From: Eledone cirrhosa
Taxonomy: Eukaryota
Direction of reading: 5' to 3'
NCBI GenBank assembly: GCA_964016885.1
Contig: OZ024741.1
Location: 158,472,001-158,536,000, forward strand
DNA length: 64,000 nt
The first letter of the stretch is position 1. Every line of letters begins with the position of its first letter. Under the pieces are notes generated by a model. That model was not told where the DNA came from. It made no database searches and saw nothing but the letters and a program-made list of their open reading frames with translations. A program made the translations under genes and the position numbers. This document shows, one piece after another, positions 1-11,665 of the stretch.

Positions 1-350
1 CAACCATCTTGTTCGGGGTCTACCCCTGGGTCTCTGCCGGTTGGTTTTGCCCGTAAAATATGTTCAGCGATTCTTTCCCGAGACATTCTAACCACATGTC
101 CATAGTATCGGAGCTGTGGTCTCTCAATTCGGAGAAGTAGCGGCTCTACCTGGAGTAACGTTACTCGATAAAGTAGTTCGGAGATCAGAGAATCACTCCA
201 GGTAGAGCCGCTACTTCTCCGAATTGAGAGACCACAGCTCTGATACTATGGCCATGTGGTTAGAATGTCTCAGGAAAGAATCGCTGGACAGATTTTACGG
301 GCAAAACCAACCGGCAGAGACCCAGGGGTAGACCCCGAACAAGATGGTTG
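1..350. repeat. Foldback inverted repeat: 1-156 is the reverse complement of 195-350
   Basis: caaccatcttgttcgggg... pairs with ...ccccgaacaagatggttg; the left arm may extend beyond the window start. Confidence 0.95.
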
Positions 351-557
351 GATAACATCCATGAGATTGGGGATCCAGCCGGATCAGTTGGAGATAGTTG
401 CTTCTGATAGGACCCGCTGGAAGGAGTGTTTGAGGACTCTGTCCCCACGATTATCTCAGGAAGAAGAAGAAGAAGAAGAAGAAGAAGAAGAAGAAGAAGA
501 AGAAGAAGAAGAAGAAGAAGAAGAAGAAGAAGAAGAAGAAAAAGAAGAAGAAGAAGA
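152..557 (+). mobile_element. 5'-truncated RTE-clade LINE 3' end with (GAA)n tail
   Basis: Frameshifted translation GVTLLDKV..SSEIRESLQVEPLLLRIERPQL*YYGHVVRMSQERIAGQILRAKPTGR matches the RTE ORF C-terminus; (GAA)n at about 460-557. Confidence 0.8.
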
Positions 558-726
558 ATATTGCAAGCAAATATCGCATATATATATAAAGACATAACGG
601 CTTCACGTGATAATGTTCAATGGGGTTACAGTTACCATGAGCAGATAAAATAAAAGGGGTGTAATTACATCGTTTGGCGCAATGCAAAGGTCTAATGCAT
701 GCGAAGTAAAATAAGCAGAATACTTG

Positions 727-908
727 ATGGATTGGCAGTATCGGTAGAGCGACAGACACCATGCTTTGCAGCATAGAGTTATGGCCCTTTGCGTTCTGAG
801 TTCAAATCATGCCGATGTTAACTTTGCCTTTCATCCTTACGGGGGCGATAAAATAAAGTACCAGTAATGTACTGGGTTATTGCTGGTCTTGTGCCAAAAG
901 TAGAAACA
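727..908 (+). mobile_element. tRNA-derived SINE, family A
   Basis: A-box TGGCAGTATCGG, B-box GAGTTCAAATC, conserved body ctttgcctttcatcc...gataaaataaagtaccag; more than 10 copies in the window. Confidence 0.85.
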
Positions 909-924
909 TTATTATTATTATTAT

Positions 925-1100
925 AAAGTGTCGTGGATTGGCACTTTTGGTAGAATGTCAGACAACATTCTTTTCAGTATAGAGTTACTACCTTTTACAT
1001 TCTGAGTTCAAATCTCACCGAGATTAGCTTTACCTTTCATCTTTACGGGGTCGATAAAATAAAGTACCAGTAATGCACTGGAATCAATTTAATCGACTTT
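925..1100 (+). mobile_element. tRNA-derived SINE, family A
   Basis: Same B-box and central motif as 727-908. Confidence 0.8.
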
Positions 1101-1744
1101 CATATTGAGCCCATTACTTATTTCACTCTGGTGTTTATTTTATTGAATGGCTCAGATGCTGCCCTGTCTATCTATCATAATCATTATCATCAACAACTTG
1201 CAGCAGTGGATTGAAGTGAAAGAGAGAGGGAGAGAGAGAGGTGTGAGAGAGAGAAGGAGGAGAGAGAATAACTGAGAGAGAGAAGGAGGAGAGAGAATAA
1301 CTGAGAGAGAGATGGTGGGTAGAGAATAATTGAGAGATAGAGTGAGCAAGAGAATAAGTGAGAAATAGATAGATAGAGAAAGAGAGAGAGGGAGAGAGGG
1401 GGAGAGTGAGAGAGAGAGAGAGAGAGAGGGAGAGAGTAAATGAGTGAGAAAGAAAGAAGGGAGAAGTACTCACGCAGAGACAAAGAGACATATAAAGAGG
1501 TATAAAATATCAAAATGAAGTGTGTGAATCTCACTATCACATATCTGATAACTAATATTTTAAATATCCTCACCATGTCAAGTTGAAAATCTAGAAGACA
1601 GTCAATTTATATCTGATATGCAATATCACACGTGGGGATATCCTTACTTACATACCAAGTTTCAAACACTCAACAGATAATTACTCGATATAGCCTCCCT
1701 TACAAAATAGTCTGAATAATTTCTGCTTGCAATACGTATGTATG

Positions 1745-2050
1745 CAGGGGCCTCGTTTGCCTTAAAAATATGAAGGGGACAAACCAACATTTGTTGATTC
1801 TTGAAGGAGCATGTTAGTATTGCTTATAGTGCCTTTCCCGGACCCTATCACATAAGTAACATTTTATGCTAATTAAAATTTATATATTCAAATGAAGTTC
1901 AGATATATAAAAATAAGCTTTAAAAGAATTTATTATATCAAATAAAGAAAAAAGAAAAGGTGGTTTGTCCCCCCGTTTCTGAAAAAGTGTGTGTGTGTGT
2001 GTGTAGGGGGGGGGACTTGTCCCCTGGTACCCCCTGAAACAAAGCCCTTG
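1745..2050. mobile_element. Non-autonomous TIR element (hAT-like MITE) inserted in (TATG)n
   Basis: Imperfect TIRs caggggcctcgttt / aaacaaagcccttg; TATGTATG on both flanks is compatible with an 8-bp TSD. Confidence 0.6.
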
Positions 2051-2295
2051 TATGTATGTATGTATGTATGTATGTATGTATGTATGTATGTATGTATATA
2101 TGTATGTATGTATCTATGTATGTATATACCTATATATATGTATATATGTATGTATGTATATACGTATATATGTATGTAGGTCTCTGTGTATGTAAATATG
2201 CAAATATGTATATATGTACGTATATATGTATGTATGTCTGCGTGCATGTAAGCATGTATTATGTATGTATGTATGTATGTATGTATGTATGTATA

Positions 2296-2700
2296 AGGAT
2301 GATCCCTTAGCCTTTGTCAAGGCAGAATTCTAGGAGAAGGAAAACTCTGATATAACACCTGCAACCCTGATGGTATCCAATGATGTTGACTTGTTCTTCT
2401 TTTTGGTAAATATCATCTTGGTTAAGAGAGTGGGACTGGCTTTGTGCAGTGCCTTTGCTCACTATAAAAGCTTCACGGCACCGGCATTGCTTTATATCTG
2501 GAGATCTCTCTGCACTTGTCATCACATGGTACCATGGCCCCGCACTATGTGTCAATAATTGTCACAAGTGTAGTGTTTGTACCTACCAGAGTTTTCAAGT
2601 CGCTGGCTGGACTAAAAATTCACACTCGTTCAGCGCATCGGTAGGGGTTCTCCTACATATAAAGTAGTGGCCGTACTCAAAAACGAGTTGGGAGCCACCA
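2296..2700 (+). mobile_element. Non-autonomous RTE-tailed retroposon (family B) ending in (TATG)n
   Basis: Near-identical to 26770-27172; 3' end gccgtactc...gcagccacca resembles the RTE 3' end at 15577-15610. Confidence 0.75.
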
Positions 2701-2771
2701 TGTATGTATGTATGTATGTATGTATGTATGTATGTATGTATGTATGTATGTATGTATGTATGTATGTATGT

Positions 2772-3395
2772 ATTGGAAAAAGGCCTCAACACAAACCGAA
2801 AATGAGGTACAAGGAGAGCACCAAGAACCACCTCAAAGAGCTGGCATTTGATATAAACAACTGGGAGGAGATAGCTCTAAATAGGGCTGAGTGGAGAAAG
2901 CGCATAAAGGGCAGTTGCAAAAGTTTTGTGGAATGTCGTCTAGAACATATACAACTGAAGCGTCAGCTCCGGAAGGGCTGTGCTCATAGTCTTGATGAAG
3001 TCATCAGTAGTCAGACATGCAATTTCTGTCAGCGTGTACTCCTCTCAAAGACTGGTTATGTTAATCACCTGAAGTCACATGAAAGGATAACCACCCGCAA
3101 CACCACTCAACAAAGACCTGGCGAAACAACGTGCGTGATATGCAACAAAGTGTGTAGAACTAGTTCCGGACTAAAAAAAACAACAGATGGTTGTACATAA
3201 AGATTGTGTCCCACAGGGTGACCCCCACCGGCGCTGTGCAAAGCACAACTATCTTCTGTCACTTGTGTCGTAAACCATGCAGATCTACAGCTAGCCTACA
3301 AAGTCATCTACGAAGTCATGGACGCGGATGCGATAAAAACGAAGAATCAATAAGAGACGGAAATCGTCTGTGAAGACGCTGCAATCCTCATGTAT
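2772..3395 (+). mobile_element. RTE LINE 3' fragment with C-terminal C2H2 zinc fingers
   Basis: [15 protein letters not shown]...WEEIALNRAEWRK is homologous to the 11769 ORF; fingers CNFC..H...H, CVIC.., CHLC..HLRSH; one frameshift. Confidence 0.85.
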
Positions 3396-3399
3396 GTAT

Positions 3400-3722
3400 G
3401 GTAAAGGCGTGTGGCTTAATGGTATTCGGTCCACAATCATAAGGTCGTGAGTTCGATTCCCTGAGGCATGCTGTATCCTTGAGTAAGACACTTTATTTAA
3501 CGTTGCTCAAGTCCATACGGCTGGCAAAAATGAGCTGTACCTGTAATTCTAACGGCCAGCCTTGTCACATTCTGTGTCACTCTGAATCTCGATGAGAACT
3601 ACCTTAAGAGTACGCGTGTCTGTAGAATGCTCAGTCACTTGCACATTAATTCCATGAGCAGACTGTTCCGTTGATTATATCAACTGGAACACACGTCGTC
3701 GTAACCGACGGAGTGCCAGTCG
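3400..3722 (+). mobile_element. tRNA-derived CORE-type SINE (family C)
   Basis: A-box TGGCTTAATGG, B-box GAGTTCGATTCC, CORE-like tccttgagtaagacactttattt. Confidence 0.75.
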
Positions 3723-3911
3723 TCTGTATGTATATATTCATGTGTGAATATATATATTTATTCGGTTTCTTACATACAAGTGCCATTGTCCAGTGTCCCA
3801 ACTTCTATCGGTGTGTTTACTTTTTTCCTCTTTTCCTTTTTTTCTTCTTCCTCTCTCTTCACTTCTTTCCCTCATGGCCTTTTCATGGATAAAAGGGCAT
3901 GGGCGCGCTAC

Positions 3912-4850
3912 AAATCGATGTTCTGTTTCAAGCGCCGAAACATCTATTATCTGTAGTAAGCAGCTGATGAAGGGATACTTTTCTTCTCTTGTTTACGTCC
4001 CGTTTACCTTCTAACACTTTGTTTTCAGTAAACACACAAGCCTGCCTCCTCACCTGTATTTTTTGTATATATATATATATATATTAAGTGTATTGAGTTA
4101 AAACTCAAGCATTCCTTTACAATGAAATAGCTCCAAGAAAAAGATATTTCTGAGCCGTGTAATAAATATAAATTAATATATATGATGAAACACAAATACC
4201 AACATATCTGTGTTTATATTGTAAAAGAAATTAAGTTAGCTAGAATGAAATATACTAATTATAATATTACAGCCTGCCTATATCGATTTAAAATAATAAA
4301 TCAACACAAACAAACAGTATTGGCAAATGGCCATGGTGTTTAGACAAATTTAAATTTCAAAATCAAACCTGTTCCGTAGATAAGTTTAAACTTTAAAATC
4401 CAAATATGTTTCGAGATAAATAAGTGTAAGGATATCTTGTCCAGCTCTCTTCACCCAGAACAAATTGATATGCTTCATTTCTAAATATTTTAAAAGACTG
4501 TTAACGCACATGGTTTTACAGTTTCTAGCCAGCCTCATGCGTTAAACAGTCTTTTAAAATATTTAGAAGTGAAACATATCAATTTGTTCTGGGTGTTTAC
4601 TGAAGAGAACGGGACAAGATATCCTTACACTTATTTATCTCGAAACATATTTGGATTTTAAAGTTTAAACTTATCTACGGAACAGGTTTGATTTTGAAAT
4701 TTAAATTTGTCTAAACACCATGGCTTGTGTGTTTACTGAAAACGAAGTGTTAGAAGGCAAACGGGACGTAAACAAGAGAAGAAAAGTATCCCTTCATCAG
4801 CTGCTTACTACAGATCATAGATGTTTCGGCGCGCTTGAAACAGAACATCG

Positions 4851-4853
<3 letters not shown>
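3912..4853. repeat. Nested foldback: outer arms about 3912-4041 / 4722-4853, inner arms about 4330-4508 / 4538-4724
   Basis: Direct reverse-complement matches; structure resembles a PLE terminal-repeat remnant. Confidence 0.9.
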
Positions 4854-4893
<40 letters not shown>

Positions 4894-4897
4894 TACG

Positions 4898-5312
<415 letters not shown>

Positions 5313-5461
5313 ACCTCATTACGCAATGGTTCAAGTAAACTACAATTTCCTCCTATATATATATATATATATAATGTAGGAGGTGAGTTTCATTGTAGTA
5401 CAATAAAGCAATGCAGATATCGGATAAGTAGCACTCTACAGTTTGTAGGACTGGAATATAA

Positions 5462-5742
5462 ATATATATATAAGATCAAAAGATGGTTAAAAGAGTTCCA
5501 TGTATTTTATTATGCGCTAACATTTATCATGCGATGACATTTGCGTTTTCGTCAGATAAAATAGGGAGACATGATATGAAGGTTATGTTGATTTAAAACT
5601 GCACTATTCACAAGTGTTTTTTAACCTTCATATCATGTCTCCCTATTTTATCTGACGAAAACGCAAATGTCATCGCATGATGATATTTGCTTTTGAAATG
5701 CGCATAATAAAATACATGGAACTCTTTTAACCATCTTTTGAT

Positions 5743-5750
<8 letters not shown>
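5462..5750. repeat. Foldback, arms about 5462-5584 / 5622-5750
   Basis: Reverse-complement match; right arm holds an intact HHR, left arm a copy that has lost GAAA. Confidence 0.9.
5644..5714 (+). ncRNA. Type I hammerhead ribozyme candidate
   Basis: TATTTTAT-CTGACGA-[AAAC GCAAATGTCATC gcat GATGATATTTGC TTTT]-GAAA-TGCGCA-TA^ATAAAATA: 8-bp stem I, long stem II, palindromic stem III; predicted cut after 5706. Confidence 0.85.
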
Positions 5751-5788
<38 letters not shown>

Positions 5789-6016
5789 GTCATTATCTGG
5801 AGCAATGAGAATAATTACAGGCAAAGACAAAACCACGTTTATGGTATAAATGAAGTCGTAGACTAATATTCTATTTAGGAAAGCGAATGATTCTCGGCTT
5901 CAAAGTTAAGAATAATTGTTTCTACTTTTGGCACAAGGCCAGCAATTACCCAGTGCATTACTGGTACTTTATTTTATCGACCCTGTAAGGATGAATGGCA
6001 AAGTTAAGAATAATGT

Positions 6017-6796
6017 AAATAAATTAGTAGAACGAAAATGACAGAGGTTATTGAAATCAACAATAATTAAATATATACATTCACGCATCCACGCATGTGT
6101 GTATACATATAATTATATAAACGTATATAAATATACACACTTAAATACGTAAATAACGCACACACATACCTACAGGTAAATACACATATGTTCACTAAAC
6201 TACGTCAACCAAAACACAAAGTACACATATTACACACCTTACATACGTGCAAACACGCATACACACACAAACACAAAATACACATATACGCATAACCATA
6301 TATGTACCAGTATATATATAATATATACACCTATAACAGTATATATAATATAATATATACACCTATAACAAATACAAGCAAATATACGTACCTTCACAAA
6401 ACATACGGGCAAGGTATACTTACCTATACAAATAAGTAATGGTATAAACATAAAATATACTTAGCTACCACATCAAGAAGTAAATTATCTGCGTATTGTT
6501 CGTACTATCCGTTAGGGTATAATGTGGGGCTGTAATACAGGAAAGTTTTATGCAATTTATGTTTACAAGCCGAAATTGCCTCAGATTTTTTGTTTAAGAT
6601 GTGGTCTTGGCGTAAAGTATTTCCAGGGCTTCAGTGGTGTAAAGATCGCATGGTCATTTAACGTATTTATGTGTGTATATTTATATACGTTTATATACTT
6701 ATATGTATACACACATGCGTGGATGCGTGTATGTATACATTTAATTATTGTTGATTTTAATAACCTCTGTCATTTTCGTTCTACTAATTTATTTAA
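6017..6796. repeat. Inverted repeat, arms about 6017-6152 / 6656-6796
   Basis: aaattagtagaacgaaaatgacagagg matches the reverse complement of cctctgtcattttcgttctactaattt. Confidence 0.9.
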
Positions 6797-6867
6797 TTTT
6801 TTTTTTTTTAATACCCATTGTTTAATCAGCTTCTACTACAGCGTAATATAATATCTGTATACAACAA

Positions 6868-7596
6868 CTACAACGGTACGCGATTGGACCCACCCACAGC
6901 CCTGGCGGACAGAATGGAGAAGGCGTTTCGCCGGAGGACGGCAAGGGAGACGCGCTGGAAAAGCCACTCCAACTTGCGGGGCTCACACCTGCGGCTGGCC
7001 AGCTCAGCGCCCATGGTGGTGAGTAAGGCGGTAGCCCTGGGGCCGAGGACACCAGAAGTCTCCACTGCCAGGGTTACGACCGCAAACCTGTCGGAGAGCG
7101 ACCGGTATTTGAGGAGTTTGGCCCCCTCAGCCCGACGTGCAGCAGAACCTGGGTCAGTCACAGACTGCACCAGGCTGCGGCTGCAGAAAGTGTCGGTGCA
7201 AGTGGCATCCCAGACGAGGGGTTTGCCACCGCGGAACGGGAAGATGGTCATGCCATCTGGCCTTTTGCCATCTCCTTGACCCAGCCCCACCGGCTCGAGC
7301 TGGGAAAGGAAGCCTGCAGCGTCCAAGTCATGCTTAATGACCTCGTTGAGGGCAGCATGGCGTGGAATGTGGCCGGCACTGTGGCGACAGGAAAGCGGGT
7401 GGAGGCCGAAAGAGTCCACGGTGGAACCGCAGCGACATTGGTGTGGCTAGCAGATCCGGAGGCCGAGCCTCAGGGAAACGCCGATTCGCAGGCTATGGTT
7501 GTCTAGCTGCGTGCCAGTGGAGAAGGAGGGCAGGGCATGGAGCCAGGCACCACTCTGGGGTTTGGAGGCCACACGAAAACAGGCAAGGCGGTGCAT
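6868..7596 (-). mobile_element. CRE-like non-LTR retrotransposon 3' fragment (zinc knuckle + restriction-like endonuclease)
   Basis: HPLSCRHSAGHIPRHAALNEVIK...EPVGL..GDGKRPDGMTIFPFRGGKPLVWDATCTDT (RH/PD..D motifs); GC-rich; paralogue at 62520. Confidence 0.8.
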
Positions 7597-7884
7597 ATTA
7601 AGCTTTTTATTTCTTATTATCCATTATATTGTTTTCTATATCATATTATAATTCTCATATTGTATTACCATGTTGTATTTCATGTATTTGTCTTTTATTG
7701 TTCTTTCAACGTGGGTTTGACATATTACTTGCTCTCCAGCCCTATAGTCTATATTTGCAAATGGTCATTTTTAACTTTAGCATGTCTTTCCATGATGTCT
7801 TTCCTAAGTTTTCATAAATATAAATTCCCTGTTCTTCTGAGTTTTGGCTTGTTTTGGCCGTTAATGCTTCTTGTCTCTTTGCTT

Positions 7885-7925
7885 GCCCTGATGAGTCCTT
7901 ATTAATGGGACGAAACATTGTCGGC
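7885..7925 (+). ncRNA. Minimal type I hammerhead ribozyme candidate
   Basis: GCC-CTGATGA-GTCCT tattaat GGGAC-GAAA-CATTG-TC^GGC; canonical core, GUC triplet, predicted cut after 7922. Confidence 0.8.
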
Positions 7926-8083
7926 TAATCAAGACTTTTGATGTATTGAAGGCTTCTTTGTTTATTTTTATAATTTTTCGGCTCTGTTGGATTACATTGA
8001 GCTATATCTTATACTGTCATTTCTCTAATACGACGAGTGTGTTTAACTCTAACACACTCAAGTATTTTGATCTTATATATATA

Positions 8084-8159
<76 letters not shown>

Positions 8160-8513
8160 CACACACACATATTTCTCCTCTTCTTTTCTTCACTTAATTT
8201 ATTCAGTCTTATACCTTTTTCCAGCTCCCATCCTCCCCCTCCCCACTTTACTCTCTTTAACTTCTTCAGTGCTGTTTAACAACTCCCCACATCTTGAATG
8301 AATGAAACCTGTAACACAGTGTGAACTACGTGTCAGAAATGGTTGATAGAAAATGCTTACATCCTGGGGAAATCTTTAGCAACTATAAAACGTTAACCCT
8401 TTTCATTCATACCAATCCTGAGGCTGTTATGTTGAGACTGCCCCCCGCCTCTCCACACAGTTTAATGATTAAAAAACCTTTCCTATTTTGAGGTGATCAT
8501 CATCGTCATTGTT

Positions 8514-8546
<33 letters not shown>

Positions 8547-9645
8547 TTCCCCCTCATCATCATCGACACCGTCGTCGTTGCCAGCGTCATAGATTTTATA
8601 TATCTGGTATGGTAAGATATAAGTTAGTGGAAGGGAAAGTCGATTATATCGACACCAGTATTTCATTCGTACTTTATTTTATAGACCTCGCTCAATCCAC
8701 CTCCCTTAAACCGCCTGGTAAACTTATAAAGCCATTAACTATGTATTTCTATGTGTTTAGCAGAAAGAAAAAGTGTGTTTGTAGTGATAGCCGAAAAAGA
8801 TGTTTGTAGCAGTAGATGTAACGTTGAAGTTATTATTTGGTTGTAGCTTGGTTGAAGGTTGTAGCCACGAAAGCAGATGAATCTTTAACATAGTTGTAGG
8901 CAAGTGGGTGAATGAAAATTAAAATCTCAGTGGGTCGAGATTTGCTATGTCCTATTTAAGGGAACGAAAACTGTATTCACTTGCCATGGTGAAATGATAG
9001 TACCTTGGGAAAAAGGATTTTCCCATATCACGTCAGACGTTATATTTTTAGTGTGTGCAGATTCATTGTTAGCAGAAATATCAGAAGGCTTTTAAACGTT
9101 TTTACAAAGTGTTTATTTACAACTGTACAAGATAACAATAAAATACTGCCGGCATGCCGCAAAAGTAAATGAAACAAAAATGAAGTGTTAGAAGAAAGAA
9201 GTTGGATCCTGGCCAAGAGGGCCAAAGGTTTTTTTTTTTACCGTTACATCTTGCTAGTATAGACACGGGAATGTAAAATGGTCTTGACTTCAAAGAGGGA
9301 AAGCAGCAACTGAATTGAAGTCAATAAAGGAAGCACGAATTTCTTTTAGCTGGGCGGAAGTTGTATATTCATGTGCGACTTACACGATTGGTCAACCGGT
9401 GACCAACTCGCGCATGAAAGATTGTTGTTGCGAGCTACGAAGTAATGCCGCAACATGTGAACAGGGGGAAATGTATACATCTCTGAGAATGACTCTAACG
9501 TGAGATCGTTCACTCAGTCTCTCACACAGATAAGTATGTATGTATGTATGGAGTCGCACGGACGTCGTCATGGCGTCTTGGGCACTTTTAAACCTGGCAG
9601 AGCCAATCCCATCTCCGGGCTGGAACAGCCGATTTCTACCAGAAA

Positions 9646-9715
<70 letters not shown>

Positions 9716-9731
9716 GAGAGAGAGAATCAAC

Positions 9732-9881
9732 TCAGTACTGGACTGTTTTTTTTTGTGTGTGTTTTGTTTTTTATCGACCTCAAAAGTATGAAAGATAAAG
9801 TTAACCTCAGCGAACGCAGAGACGGAAGGAATACCGCATAGTATTCTATCCGACGCTTTAACAACTCTGCCAATTTGCCGC
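9732..9881 (-). mobile_element. SINE family A, degenerate
   Basis: tttatcgacc...gaaagataaagttaacctc and ctgccaatttgccgc are reverse complements of the SINE body and head. Confidence 0.65.
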
Positions 9882-10284
9882 ACGTCTTGTAGAGATAAAC
9901 ACATGATAAATACACATGTTTACATAAGCCAGTCTATTTGTTTACACATTTATCTACATAGCTTTGGTTAAATTTTATACCGTTTCTCTTCAGAAAGGTA
10001 TTTATAGTATATCTCAGCTGCTTAGTGCACAATTTAGTAGCCAATTGAATTAGTTACCAGTTCGTGAGGAAATATGTAAAAAAAAAAAAAAAAAACACAC
10101 ATCTTTACTATGTCAGCATATTTATTTTCATACAACGCAGCTTCGGTTAAATATTGTAGTTTCTGTACAGTTATTTATTTATCCAGAAATGAAAATGTAG
10201 TTATGGAAATAAAAACCAAAAACCAAAAATGATTGAATAAAAAAAGAAAATACATAAATATCTTCAAAATATACAACATCTTTA

Positions 10285-10722
10285 CTCAGACTATAAATAG
10301 GCATTTGTGCCTGGTATCACATTTTATCAATATCTCAGACTATGGATGGGCAATTGTGCCTGATGCCACATTTTAACAATCCCTCAAACTATGGATGAAC
10401 ATTTGTGCCTGATATCACAGTTTAACAATCACTCAGAGTATGGATGGACATTCGTGCTTAGTATCACAATTTAATAATCTCTCAGACTATGGATGGACAT
10501 TCGCACCTGGTATCACATTTTAACAATCCCTCAAACTATGGATAAACATTCGTGCCTGGTATCACATTTTAACAATCCCTCAAACTATGGATGAAATGTT
10601 TGCCTGCTATTACATTTTAACAATTCCTCAAATTATGGATGAGCATTCGTGCCTGCTATCACATTTTAACAATCCTTCAAACTATGGATGAACATTTGTG
10701 CATGAAATCACATTTTAACAAT
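10285..10722. repeat. 49-bp minisatellite, about 9 copies
   Basis: Unit ctcaRactatggatgRacattYgtgcctggtatcacattttaacaatcc starts at 10285, 10334, 10383, 10432, 10481, 10530, 10579 and onward. Confidence 0.95.
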
Positions 10723-11111
10723 TGTGTTAACTATTATCTTCAGATGAGGTTTCCAGGCAGCATACATACAACACTTAACACGTGTTTTGCAAATGTAATC
10801 TAAAAAACGGGTAGGGAGTGATGAAAATATACAAAATATCTGAAGTTCAACATATGATAACTGATATATACACTAAGTGTTTTGATGTGTTAATGTCTGT
10901 ATACTGTGTTGTGATTGACACCTCTCTTATATCTGATTTGTGTTTAAAAATGCATATGTGTGTATATATATCCAAAATTAAGTTAAATTATGTATGTATG
11001 TATGTATGTATGTATGTATGTATGTATGTATGTATGTATGTATGTTTATCTCTTTCTCTTAATTTCGAGTATATTTTTTTTGACCGGCCACCTTTATGTA
11101 TGTATGTATGT

Positions 11112-11580
11112 CCCGCAGGATGACCGAGTATCACCCTCCTCACCAAGCACGTTTAGTCGCCGACGACCCGACCATGAGACAGGTTATACTGGGTTACATG
11201 TTACGAAGGGCGGAGGAACTCAGCAGAGTCAACGGCCATCCAAATATTTTTTTTTTTTTTCACCCGGGAGTGAAAGGTCCCCAGTTGTTGTCACAACACC
11301 TTTCTAAGTGAGAGAAACTCTGAAAAGAAAAAAAACCTGTGGCTTCGGAAGCATCCGATGATGTTGACCAGTTCTCCTTTTTGGGTAGTTTTTCGATGCT
11401 CAGAGAGTGGGATTGGTCGGGTCCAAGGCCTTTCCCCACTTAAAAAAACCTTCAAAGCGCAGACATTGCTTGTTCAGGATATGTTACAGGTTCGTGTGGC
11501 TGACCGTAGCCTAAAAATGTACTATTTTATGTAATCTGACAAGCGATTGCAATACTCTTAGCAGAGTTTGCAACCATCAT
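11112..11580 (+). mobile_element. Non-autonomous RTE-tailed retroposon (family B variant)
   Basis: Shares aagggcggaggaactc and catccRatgatgttgacc motifs and a (TATG)n tail with the copies at 15615 and 26706. Confidence 0.7.
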
Positions 11581-11665
11581 GTATGCATTCATGTATGTAT
11601 GTATGTATGTATGTGTGTATGTATGTATGTATGTATGTATGTATGTATGTATGTATGTATGTATG

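Noticed and set aside
727-820. tRNA genes at A/B-box sites
   Set aside because: No cloverleaf; the boxes continue into a shared SINE body in every copy
3920-3980. Permuted (type II) hammerhead from GAAA...CTGATGA
   Set aside because: Stems I and III cannot both be formed with a valid NUH triplet in either arm
10285-10722. CRISPR-like array (also considered for 38146-39010 and 41575-41945)
   Set aside because: Contiguous tandem units without unique spacers, no cas genes, eukaryotic context
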